A DNA stretch of 51,153 nt. Source: a virus. The translations under genes and the position numbers were made by a program. The notes beneath the pieces are model-generated. The model was not told where the DNA came from. It saw nothing but the letters and a program-made list of their open reading frames with translations, and ran no database searches. Positions within the stretch are counted from its first letter, which is position 1. The number at the start of each line of letters is the position of its first letter. Positions 1-8,128 of this stretch are shown here, piece after piece. Where the stretch lies: IMG/VR virus record IMGVR_UViG_3300045391_005781. The stretch is one strand, 5' to 3'.

Positions 1-70
1 ACATTCACCATGACGTTTGTCTCGGGATTATTTTTACGAGATGACCACGTCCCAGAAAACCAATCAATTG
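1..70 (+). repeat. Terminal overlap, copy 1 (identical to 51084-51153)
   Basis: Direct comparison of the first and last 70 nt (acattcaccatgacgtttgtctcggg...caatcaattg) shows a perfect match. Confidence 0.95.
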
Positions 71-668
71 CATTTTGTAACTTTAAATCAGAACGATCAC
101 TTGCATCATTTGGATCATCTGTGACTTGGATCATTCCCCCTTCGCCCGTGATCTTCGATTCAACGCTGGTGGAAATTCTATAACCTCCCTTATTATTATC
201 AAATCTCGTTTTTGTGTTTTGATCTCCAATCAAAACAAAACGGTCGCCCCATCTCTCTTGATACCATTTAGAGGAAATCACACGCCGACATTTCACAGAA
301 TCTCTAATAGCAAGTGACGATCCATGAGATGCAAATAAAAACTGCTCTCCTGGATTTTGTAACCATACCCAAGCAGGCCACATCACACTAATCAATGTAC
401 TCTTCATACAACGAGGAGGAATATTTATTATTAATCGGCGAATTTGGCGCTTATAACATGCCTCAAGATGCTCGCAAATTGCCCCAATGTGCCACCCATC
501 CACAAACGGCTTGTCTCCTTCCACTTGTGACCACGCGTTCTTAACAAATTCATGTAAAGACCATTCACATCCTTTAATTTTCATGAGTCGCTCAAAAACA
601 ACTTCCATGAACGCCTCTCGATCAGATTCGCTCATTTGTTCCAAGGCCGCAAAGTCAAATTGATTCAT
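1..668 (-). CDS. terL: Terminase large subunit, N-terminal ATPase part. The ORF runs off the left edge and continues at 51083->50105; the joined protein is 548 aa.
   Basis: Manual reverse translation from ATG 668-666 gives MNQFDFAALEQMSESDREAF...INIPPRCMKSTLISVMWPAW (P-loop-like)...GGMIQVTDDPND (Walker-B-like)...NPETNVMVNV with no stops. The last residues equal the start of ORF 50105..51094. Confidence 0.85.
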   Translation of the reverse strand, partial: MNQFDFAALEQMSESDREAFMEVVFERLMKIKGCEWSLHEFVKNAWSQVEGDKPFVDGWHIGAICEHLEACYKRQIRRLIINIPPRCMKSTLISVMWPAWVWLQNPGEQFLFASHGSSLAIRDSVKCRRVISSKWYQERWGDRFVLIGDQNTKTRFDNNKGGYRISTSVESKITGEGGMIQVTDDPNDASDRSDLKLQNAIDWFSGTWSSRKNNPETNVMVN

Positions 669-800
669 TATTGTTGTTTTCCCCGTTTGCTTTTAAAGAC
701 TTTTTTCATATTTATTTTTTAAATCTTTCCTCTTTACTTTTTAATTTTTTGTTTGTTATGTTTGTGGTGATTATTTTCTATAACTTTTACAAAAATAACA

Positions 801-1337
801 ATGGCCTTAAAGAAAAGTTCTTATATTCAAAATAGAGATGATAACGCCCATAATCTTCAGCAAATATTCAAGGCAAAACTTGAGTTGTCTGCGATATTTA
901 TTGAGGATGCAAGACAGCACTTATCTCCGATTATTGAGGTGTTAAGAAATAAAGCTTTGGGAGGATGTATTAAATCGATTGAGATGTATTTAAATCTAGC
1001 GATCGAGAAATCACCAGAGAGATTGTACATAGAAACCAATCCTATTTCCGTAGAGACAATGGGGGAGAGAGATTTGAGTAAGGCCGCTATGTGGTATTAT
1101 GATATGAAGATGAAAAAAACTCAAAAAGAGCAAGCAACAATAGAACATACCCCTATTTTGGAGTCCCGTTCTGATTTTTCGGCTCCCCCCCTCCAAGAAA
1201 ACCCCTCTATTTCACCGGCTGATTTTTTTGCCTTGAAATCCGAACAGCAAACTCTTTGGACAGACCCCCTAGGACTCAAAGCGCAAACCAATCTATCACA
1301 AACGGAAGACCACGCCATCAGGGGGCAAAATGAATAA
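801..1337 (+). CDS. Hypothetical protein (178 aa), first gene diverging from terL
   Basis: ORF from the track; no motif recognised. Confidence 0.55.
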   Translation: MALKKSSYIQNRDDNAHNLQQIFKAKLELSAIFIEDARQHLSPIIEVLRNKALGGCIKSIEMYLNLAIEKSPERLYIETNPISVETMGERDLSKAAMWYYDMKMKKTQKEQATIEHTPILESRSDFSAPPLQENPSISPADFFALKSEQQTLWTDPLGLKAQTNLSQTEDHAIRGQNE

Positions 1338-1599
1338 TAATATCAACAACAATTTCTTTGGCTTTCTTTTGTTCTTAATTGAAAAAGAATATTTAAAAAA
1401 AATTGATAGCCCATGCGAAGGCTGTCTAATGATTATTTACGATCAAGACCCCGCAAATTTAAACTCATGCATTATCATATCATCCGAAAACGATATCCCA
1501 AAAACCGTTGGCCAACATAAATTTTACGAACCTTTACCGGCAGAAAAAATCAAAGAGCATTTTGCTGAATATTTAACGTTGTTACGAATTGGTCAATGA
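1330..1599 (+). CDS. Hypothetical protein (89 aa)
   Basis: ORF from the track; its start overlaps the previous stop by 8 nt. Confidence 0.5.
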   Translation: MNNNINNNFFGFLLFLIEKEYLKKIDSPCEGCLMIIYDQDPANLNSCIIISSENDIPKTVGQHKFYEPLPAEKIKEHFAEYLTLLRIGQ

Positions 1600-1675
1600 A
1601 GCTTGATAATACAAAATTATCACACATCAAAAAATAAACCATTGAAAACAAATAGATTTGTTTTGTCTCTATATC

Positions 1676-1695
1676 TTTACGTAACTTTCGCGTAA
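1676..1695. promoter_or_regulatory. Third, inverted and diverged copy of the bipartite GTTACGT-N4-GTTACGTAAA motif found twice upstream of int
   Basis: tttacgtaactttcgcgtaa compared with the reverse complement of the int-proximal repeat, tttacgtaactctcacgtaa (2 mismatches). It contains the palindrome TTACGTAA. Confidence 0.4.
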
Positions 1696-2203
1696 TAACA
1701 AAACATTTCTTGACATTTCAGCAAGAAATATGTTTGGCGCGAAAGCTGAGGAAGGTCGTTAATTTAAATACGCATTTATTCTTGTTTGGATGAGCAAGGA
1801 ATGATGGAAACACATTTTTATAGGGTAGGGGAGCGCAAGAGGCCAATTTCCCCTCAGCAATCAAAAAATCCACAAAACCCACATTGGAGCTAAAGTTGAG
1901 AAAAAAACAAAAAAAGGATAAAAAATAAATTTTTTTCAAAATATCCCTTGCAAGAGCTAAAAAAACATGAGAAAATGAATTAACAAGTAAATGTTGCCTA
2001 TTTGACAAGATATCGTTTCAAGTCATTTTGAGTAACTCAAAACAACACAGGCAAAAACAAAGCCCATCAACAAAAACTCCCCATTTTAGGGTTTTTTCTT
2101 ACACGATAAGCACCTTACACATCACGAAATGACAAAAATCTGTCAAAAACAGCATTTTTCATCAGGAACCTTAAGACTAAAATACTTAAAATAAATATTG
2201 ACA

Positions 2204-2211
2204 TGTATAAT
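2204..2211 (+). promoter_or_regulatory. Extended -10 promoter element (TGTATAAT) in the 1-kb non-coding region
   Basis: Sequence attgacaTGTATAATatat matches the TGnTATAAT consensus. Confidence 0.35.
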
Positions 2212-2594
2212 ATATATTTTATAAGGGATATAAGACATTTTATTTTAGGTGTCAAAATTTTTGGCATAACTCAAAACGAAAAGTTTTTTTATCTAACCGT
2301 TTTCTGAGATATCTCTACAGAAATAAGGAATATAACCATATTGTTACAACGAAGTGACAAATGCTTTGCCTAAAAAATAAGCATTTTAGAAGTTTGACAA
2401 AGGTTTTTGGCAACATTTTGAAACCCCTTGTTTTAAGCCATTTTGATTTTTGCTCGAGAAAATAGCAAACCCTTGCTAAATAAGGCTTTAAATTTTGCCA
2501 AATTCTCTGAAAACTTCAAAAAAGACCTAAAAAAACGATTTTTTGATGAGATTTTTAGATTAAAAAAATTCTTCTTTTTTAAGAAGCTTTTCTC

Positions 2595-2623
2595 TTGACG
2601 GCCAGAAATTGCCTTGATAAGGT
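2595..2623 (+). promoter_or_regulatory. Sigma70-like promoter (TTGACG-N17-TAAGGT) facing the rightward small-ORF block
   Basis: Hexamers and 17-nt spacing read directly. A small AT-rich hairpin with a T-rich tail (2571-2596) lies just upstream. Confidence 0.4.
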
Positions 2624-2630
2624 TAAACAT

Positions 2631-2753
2631 ATGAACCAAAAGCCCAAAGGTTCTACAAAACGAAAAGGGAGAAAAACAATGGAACAATATATAAAGAGAA
2701 AACCAAACCCTCTCACTATGGAAAAACGCTTCGCACAACATTTGATTATTTGA
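2631..2753 (+). CDS. Small basic protein (40 aa, MNQKPKGSTKRKGRKT...), possibly leaderless
   Basis: Manual translation; the ORF is shorter than the track cutoff. The ATG lies 7-8 nt after the putative -10. Confidence 0.3.
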   Translation: MNQKPKGSTKRKGRKTMEQYIKRKPNPLTMEKRFAQHLII

Positions 2754-2956
2754 ATGATCTTTCAAAAGTAACAGGTTTAGAAAATGCAGAGCTTTTAGCA
2801 TTAACGTCTATCATAAGAGAGCATGTTATAAAAATAAAAAATATGGTAGATGAAAATCAAGCCGTTGGTAATCTTGAAGTAGCTGTGGAAAACTTTAATG
2901 ATTTTCTTAAAGAGCAAACAAAAGAAGCTCTTGATATAGCAAATAAAATTAGATAG
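2750..2956 (+). CDS. Hypothetical protein (68 aa, TTG start in the track)
   Basis: ORF from the track. Confidence 0.45.
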   Translation: MNDLSKVTGLENAELLALTSIIREHVIKIKNMVDENQAVGNLEVAVENFNDFLKEQTKEALDIANKIR

Positions 2957-3126
2957 AGAAAACAATAGAGAGCAACCAATTAGGCAAGAGTTTATGGAAC
3001 AAAATACAGAAAACCAAAACCATGAAATTAATAAATTTAGAGAACCAATACATAAATATTACCGAACAAACAAAAATGGATTGTGATCAAATGCTAAAAA
3101 TTTTCAGACAAGAGCAAAAAAACATT

Positions 3127-3161
3127 AAAACTCTATAACCGTTATAAAAGCTTGGAAAGAA
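3127..3161 (+). repeat. Conserved intercistronic motif, copy 1 (AAACTCTATA-N3-GTTATAAAA-N3-TGGA.AGA)
   Basis: Aligned by eye with 3658-3692. It ends at the SD/ATG of ORF 3169. Confidence 0.5.
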
Positions 3162-3168
3162 GAAGAAT

Positions 3169-3384
3169 ATGGAACAATCTACAGAAATTAGAGAAAATCT
3201 ATATAATATTACTAAGGAGTTTTTAAACCGATTTTTTGAAGAAGTAACCGATTATCCTTTTTCTTTTAACAAATTTGAAATTTCAAAAATTGATGCGCCC
3301 ATTTCTTCGTCAGAGTTCCATCAATATGATATAAAAATAACAACTAATACTAATATTTATACCCTAAATCTTATAAAGAAATAG
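3169..3384 (+). CDS. Hypothetical protein (71 aa)
   Basis: ORF from the track. Confidence 0.55.
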   Translation: MEQSTEIRENLYNITKEFLNRFFEEVTDYPFSFNKFEISKIDAPISSSEFHQYDIKITTNTNIYTLNLIKK

Positions 3385-3386
3385 CA

Positions 3387-3659
3387 ATGAAACTCAAAAG
3401 CTTAAAAGAATTAAAATTGTTTCGTGAAAATCCTACTTTTGAAATAAGAAAACACACTACTGGAACTCTTATAAGAAAACCGAGTGGAAAATTAGTTTTT
3501 GAACACTTGAATCTTTTCTATAAAGATCCTGACCCCGTTTATAAACGAGAAATTTTTGAATCTGGAGGAGAATTTAATTCGGATGAAGTAAACTTAAAAG
3601 CAAGTGAAAAATTAGCAAAAAAAAATGCATTAAGAAAAGCAATAAAGAAAACCCCATGA
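3387..3659 (+). CDS. Hypothetical protein (90 aa)
   Basis: ORF from the track; tightly packed after the previous gene. Confidence 0.6.
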   Translation: MKLKSLKELKLFRENPTFEIRKHTTGTLIRKPSGKLVFEHLNLFYKDPDPVYKREIFESGGEFNSDEVNLKASEKLAKKNALRKAIKKTP

Positions 3660-3692
3660 AACTCTATAGTTGTTATAAAAATCTGGAGAGAA
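3658..3692 (+). repeat. Conserved intercistronic motif, copy 2
   Basis: gaaactctatagttgttataaaaatctggagagaa; see copy 1. It ends at the SD/ATG of ORF 3697. Confidence 0.5.
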
Positions 3693-3696
3693 ACTC

Positions 3697-3978
3697 ATGA
3701 ATCCCATCGAACACGAAGAAAACATAAACAAACTTTTCATGAATGACGAGTACAGGTTTCCGCTTCCTCATTATATTGCGCTCGATCAAGATCAGCCTTG
3801 TATAATTTATGCGGTATTTCTTGACCGAAGAGATGCGGAAGAGTATAGGAAATGTAACGCTTATAAAGCATATGTTTATTATGTTACGGATTATAATGGT
3901 GAAACAAAATATTTTTTAATAAATAGCCTAGAAGAATACAAGCTGTTTGGAAGAGACAAAATGAGAAAAAAACAATAG
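3697..3978 (+). CDS. Hypothetical protein (93 aa)
   Basis: ORF from the track; GGAGAG SD upstream. Confidence 0.6.
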   Translation: MNPIEHEENINKLFMNDEYRFPLPHYIALDQDQPCIIYAVFLDRRDAEEYRKCNAYKAYVYYVTDYNGETKYFLINSLEEYKLFGRDKMRKKQ

Positions 3979-3996
3979 ACGAATTTTGTTCAGAAG

Positions 3997-4080
3997 AACA
4001 GTTTAACAAAAGGTAAAAACAGCTATGAAATTCTACAGAACAGTTTAACAAAAGGTAAAAACAGCTATGAAATTCTACAG
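3997..4080 (+). repeat. Perfect 42-bp x 2 tandem duplication that includes the start codon of ORF 4067
   Basis: aacagtttaacaaaaggtaaaaacagctatgaaattctacag occurs twice back to back. Copy 1 gives a 7-codon mini-ORF (MKFYRTV*); copy 2 starts the 138-aa ORF. Confidence 0.9.
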
Positions 4081-4483
4081 CCATGAAGACTTTATGAAAC
4101 TTCCTGAAGGCACTTTTTTTCATAAAGGAAAGAAATACTCCTCTGGGAAAGAAGGCGAAAAAATACCCTATAGTTTTTATGAAGAAAAAAATGGAATATG
4201 CATAAAAGGTCAAACTATAGATAAAAATAAATATCTTTATAACGACCTTTTTGCCGAAATGCGCATTCCTGGTGCAGAATTAGAAGAAATGTTTATTAAG
4301 AATATTAATAAACCCCTACAAGAATGTTGGACTACTGACATAGCATTTGATGATGATATCTTTTTTGTTTACAAAGCAGCAGATCTGATTACGATAAAAG
4401 AGAAAATCGATGAGTTTTTAGAAGTGGCAATAAAACAGGGAAGACAATATGTTAGAGAGAAAACATGGGGCAAGAATCTTTAG
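4067..4483 (+). CDS. Hypothetical protein (138 aa)
   Basis: ORF from the track. Confidence 0.65.
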   Translation: MKFYSHEDFMKLPEGTFFHKGKKYSSGKEGEKIPYSFYEEKNGICIKGQTIDKNKYLYNDLFAEMRIPGAELEEMFIKNINKPLQECWTTDIAFDDDIFFVYKAADLITIKEKIDEFLEVAIKQGRQYVREKTWGKNL

Positions 4484-4773
4484 AAGATCATCAAAAGAGG
4501 ATTAATTATACAACACGGTTGAGCAGCGATCTTTATGAAACATTAAAAAAATTCCCAACACGAGATTTTATTTTATCTGTGGGATTAGATTTAACATTAA
4601 AGGCATACTTTGATTTTTGGTTCGCAATCCTTGATCCAATCACAACTCAAAAAGGATTAGAGAATGGAATTGAAGACATAGAAAAACATGTTAAATTTAC
4701 ATTTGAGCTGTTTTTAGCTAGACATCTTCATTTTTTTAAAGAAGAAGCCTTAAAAAAGATAAACAAAAAATGA
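4465..4773 (+). CDS. Hypothetical protein (102 aa)
   Basis: ORF from the track. Confidence 0.6.
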   Translation: MGQESLEDHQKRINYTTRLSSDLYETLKKFPTRDFILSVGLDLTLKAYFDFWFAILDPITTQKGLENGIEDIEKHVKFTFELFLARHLHFFKEEALKKINKK

Positions 4774-4776
4774 AAA

Positions 4777-4923
4777 ATGATTACAATGAATGAAAATAAT
4801 TTAATAGAGATAGAATGTATAAACAGAGATTTAAACAATAAAAAATTAAATAAAGGAATAAAATTTAATTTTCAAGTTAACCAATTTGAAACCTTTTTGA
4901 GAATCAATGAAACACGATTATGA
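4777..4923 (+). CDS. Small hypothetical protein (48 aa)
   Basis: Manual translation (MITMNENNLIEIECINRDL...). Same strand as its neighbours and fills the gap between them. Confidence 0.3.
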   Translation: MITMNENNLIEIECINRDLNNKKLNKGIKFNFQVNQFETFLRINETRL

Positions 4924-4955
4924 TTGATGAAAATTAATTACACAAAGGATTTTAT

Positions 4956-5306
4956 ATGAAAAATGATTTTGATAGCATAAAAAATAGTAAAGAAAATCCA
5001 TTGGATATGTTCTCGTTTCCAGAAGGGGAAAGAGAAGCAATAGAACACGCATTGGAAGAATTGTTTAACTCATCAAATAAATCTACATTTTTTGTTTGTT
5101 GCGCAAATAAACTCGCGGAGCTTCACTATAGGTATTTATTTAAATTTTATCAAGAAGTTTTAGATGATTATGCCATAAAAGGAATACAACTAGCAATGAA
5201 ATTACAATTTGAAGAAATTGTAAAATATAAATTTAATGAGTGTTTATCTGAAAGAAATAGACAACTTGAATTAAGCGAATTGAACAAAAAGCAAGAAAAG
5301 CAATGA
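4956..5306 (+). CDS. Hypothetical protein (116 aa)
   Basis: ORF from the track. Confidence 0.6.
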   Translation: MKNDFDSIKNSKENPLDMFSFPEGEREAIEHALEELFNSSNKSTFFVCCANKLAELHYRYLFKFYQEVLDDYAIKGIQLAMKLQFEEIVKYKFNECLSERNRQLELSELNKKQEKQ

Positions 5307-5344
5307 CTGATTCAAAAAAAAACAAAAAAAATACACAGTATATT

Positions 5345-5386
5345 AGTGTCCGAAAAAATCGGACAGTTAAAGATGAAAGCTTCAGA
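5345..5386 (+). repeat. 42-bp dispersed direct repeat, copy 1 (intergenic); contains the hairpin gtccga-aaaaa-tcggac
   Basis: agtgtccgaaaaaatcggacagttAaagatgaaagcttcaga matches 9462-9503 at 41 of 42 positions. Confidence 0.9.
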
Positions 5387-5411
5387 AATTTAAGAAAAGG
5401 AAATAAAGCAA

Positions 5412-5669
5412 ATGACCAAAATTAAGGATATACCAATTTTAAAGTTAAGCAAAGAACTAGAAGAGAAAATAGACAACGAAACAATAGAATATGTAAAGAA
5501 AATAGGCCATATATTGAATTTTAATTTATTTAATTCTTTATTAACCGCAAATTCTCATTTGCTTGCATTGATTGTTTATTTCATAAATAAAAATGGCAAA
5601 AATCCAATAGAATTTAAAAAATGGCTTGATGGTCAATACGAAATGAGTCTTAAAAATCAAAGATTGTAA
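5412..5669 (+). CDS. Hypothetical protein (85 aa)
   Basis: ORF from the track. Confidence 0.5.
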   Translation: MTKIKDIPILKLSKELEEKIDNETIEYVKKIGHILNFNLFNSLLTANSHLLALIVYFINKNGKNPIEFKKWLDGQYEMSLKNQRL

Positions 5670-6095
5670 ATAAATGGCAAATTCAATAAGATATTTTATG
5701 TTGTATCGTGCTTTATTATCAAGTAGTTCCAAAAATGGCAGTCAAATCTGAATTAGTGATCCAAAATTGCAACATTTTATAAATTTTGTAATTTTTAGGA
5801 AGTTTCCCCTTGCTCAACTTCTTATTTTGTGCAAAAGTTTTTTTTGATAACAGGTTTAGGAGAAATACTTACAGCGTGTCTCTTAATTTGCTATTAGGTG
5901 GCACAAAAATTGGGCTTTTGCGCAATATTCTTGCTCATTATTTTGCGTCATCTTTTTTTACATAACTATGGAGAATATCATGATAACAAAAATATATAAG
6001 AAACATGTTAAAGCTATAACAGAAATGCAATAACTTTAACTCAGCGATGTTTAAGATATAAGAAAAATTTTTATGAGGCAAAAAAAATCTAAATA

Positions 6096-6410
6096 ATGTA
6101 TTTTGATAATATTTCTCCTAAAGAAACTTTATGGCTAAAAAAGAAACTTGATTGTCTTGTATTAGAGTGCAATGCCCATATTGGTTTGCATAATATAGAA
6201 TCAATTGCTGAGATTTTTAATGTTTTGATTTCTGTTTATTTTTTGCACGCAAACAATCTTTTTCGAGAAAATAACGTTGAAGAAAAAATTGATTTTATCA
6301 GTAAATCAGCTATTTCGTTAAAAAACATGTTGGCGAATATAATTGATGAAACCTGTGTTGGGCTTATAAGCTTAGAAACAAAAGACAAATCATCTCGGAC
6401 TACGCAATGA
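6096..6410 (+). CDS. Hypothetical protein (104 aa)
   Basis: ORF from the track. Confidence 0.5.
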   Translation: MYFDNISPKETLWLKKKLDCLVLECNAHIGLHNIESIAEIFNVLISVYFLHANNLFRENNVEEKIDFISKSAISLKNMLANIIDETCVGLISLETKDKSSRTTQ

Positions 6411-6720
6411 TCAATCTCATTTTAAACATAGCATGTATGCGCAGAAAAAATATTGAAATACAATTCTAATTATGTCATAAGACCTTATTGTCTTTATCGT
6501 TCTTCAGGTATTAATCTTTCATAGATTTTTCCAGAAAAAGGCAATTCTTAAAGATTGCTCGATTGATTCTTTCAAAGTTAACCCTGGTAAATTAACTGTT
6601 TTGCGAGCAATCTTTACTATCTCATACATTGTTTAAATATGAACGCTTTTAAACAAACCGCGATGAGCTTTTAATGTATATGAAGAAAAAAAAGGAAGCA
6701 TCATTTGAAGAGATTTTAGG

Positions 6721-6879
6721 TTAATCTGCAAACGAATCCTGAGAAACAAAAGTTTTATCGGCATTTTCTATGGAGATTTCGCCCCACGATGGGTTCTTGT
6801 TTAACAAAATCTCCACGGCTTCTAATGTTGATTTGATGCTTTTAATAAGGACAATTATCGTTTCCTTGTCTTGCGTCAT
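6721..6879 (-). CDS. Small hypothetical protein (52 aa, MTQDKETIIVLIKSIK...)
   Basis: Manual translation. AAAGGA SD lies 7 nt upstream. Last ORF of the leftward 7965->6721 gene string. Confidence 0.35.
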   Translation of the reverse strand: MTQDKETIIVLIKSIKSTLEAVEILLNKNPSWGEISIENADKTFVSQDSFAD

Positions 6880-6952
6880 AAACAAATCCTTTCTGTTAAC
6901 CTTATTATAAAATAAGATAAAAGAGACAGAAGCAATATCTCTAAAAGTTGGA

Positions 6953-7216
6953 TCATTTAAAAATAACTTTGAAAACAGTCAGAAGAAAACTTAATAAAAG
7001 AATCGTTAAAACAAGTAATTGCCCTTTGCAAACAGTTTCCATTTTCTCTTCTAAATGTTCTACTTTTCTTTGTGCAGAATATAAGCAGTCAAATAAAATA
7101 GAAATTTTTTCGGTATTTGTATATTTCTCAAACACTATTTCATTCCACGCGTTTTTTGATTTAACTTCTTCGTCTTTTTTTGAAAAGAAAAAATCTTTTA
7201 TGCGTTCAAGGTTCAT
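6953..7216 (-). CDS. Tail-anchored membrane protein (87 aa)
   Basis: Charged N-terminal part followed by a single C-terminal hydrophobic helix (GQLLVLTILLLSFLLTVFKVIF). Confidence 0.55.
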   Translation of the reverse strand: MNLERIKDFFFSKKDEEVKSKNAWNEIVFEKYTNTEKISILFDCLYSAQRKVEHLEEKMETVCKGQLLVLTILLLSFLLTVFKVIFK

Positions 7217-7232
7217 TATAAAAGCCTTCCAC

Positions 7233-7577
7233 TTAAAATAAATCTGGATAAAGATAAAGTATCAACACAATAATACCAAAACAACAAATAAATAGTAGCA
7301 ATTTATCTTTTTTGTCTAGAGTTTTTAACCCTTGTTTTTCGGTTTCAATTATTTCATTAAGAATCCTTCTTGATAAATCAAACTCCCCTGTCGTTACAAA
7401 AATATTATGATTTAATTCTTGTTCCTCAATGGAATCTTTTCCTATTGACGTATTATTATATCCTGAAGAAAATTTAATATCGCCTATAAAAGTATTAATG
7501 TCTTGTACGGGTTGCGATTCTCTTGCAACCTCTCCAAAGTTTGTATTAACATCTTCCTTTTTATCTTTTCTCTTCAT
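7233..7577 (-). CDS. Tail-anchored membrane protein (114 aa)
   Basis: Charged N-terminus followed by a C-terminal hydrophobic helix (LLLFICCFGIIVLILYLY). Confidence 0.6.
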   Translation of the reverse strand: MKRKDKKEDVNTNFGEVARESQPVQDINTFIGDIKFSSGYNNTSIGKDSIEEQELNHNIFVTTGEFDLSRRILNEIIETEKQGLKTLDKKDKLLLFICCFGIIVLILYLYPDLF

Positions 7578-7965
7578 ATTGCTCTCTGTCTTCTATATAA
7601 TTTTTATCTGTTAACGGAATCACAGTTGCTTTGTATTTTTTGCGAATAATAATAAACTCTTTTTTCCATTCCTTAAACCGTGGTGCGGTAATATGATACT
7701 TCTGGAATATCTCCTTTTTTCGAGAGGTATGCGTTTCGTAATATTCTTCAATGATTCGTTTCTTTTCTAGCATAGAATACTTTTTATAGGCAATGATTTC
7801 TTCTCCATTTTCAATGCGTCTGAATGGCACTTCTTTCCCTAAATTACGATGATGATATTTAAAGGCAGGATTTAATTTCATTTCTGTTCGAAGAAATCTA
7901 CGAACATAAAAATGACGATTAGAAATTTTATCTGCTTCCATAAATTGTTTAGTTTTTTTTCTCAT
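7561..7965 (-). CDS. Basic HTH protein (134 aa), IS3-OrfA/HTH_Tnp_1-like or small-terminase-like fold
   Basis: The segment KKYSMLEKKRIIEEYYETHTSRKKEIFQKYHITAPRFKEWKKEF resembles transposase-type helix-turn-helix proteins. No catalytic transposase domain is nearby. Confidence 0.5.
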   Translation of the reverse strand: MRKKTKQFMEADKISNRHFYVRRFLRTEMKLNPAFKYHHRNLGKEVPFRRIENGEEIIAYKKYSMLEKKRIIEEYYETHTSRKKEIFQKYHITAPRFKEWKKEFIIIRKKYKATVIPLTDKNYIEDREQYEEKR

Positions 7966-8128
7966 AAAAAATATATATTCTAAATTTTTCTAAAAATGAA
8001 TGTGGCATAAATATCACTGTGCTTATTTTATGTTTTGTTATTGATGATTCAAATTGATTGGTTTTTTGTTTTTATAAACAATAAGACAACAACAAATTCG
8101 TTGTTTCAACTTAACGAAAGGATATTTT

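Noticed and set aside
1718-2801. Minus-strand track ORFs 1718..2008 (96 aa) and 2433..2801 (122 aa)
   Set aside because: The translations are Phe/Leu/Lys-rich low-complexity sequence with no SD. The ORFs run against the local gene direction. The region is better treated as non-coding regulatory DNA.
3997-4080. Tandem 42-bp repeat considered as a mini CRISPR array
   Set aside because: There are only two directly abutting identical units with no spacers, and no cas genes. The Cas4-like nuclease belongs to the recombination module.
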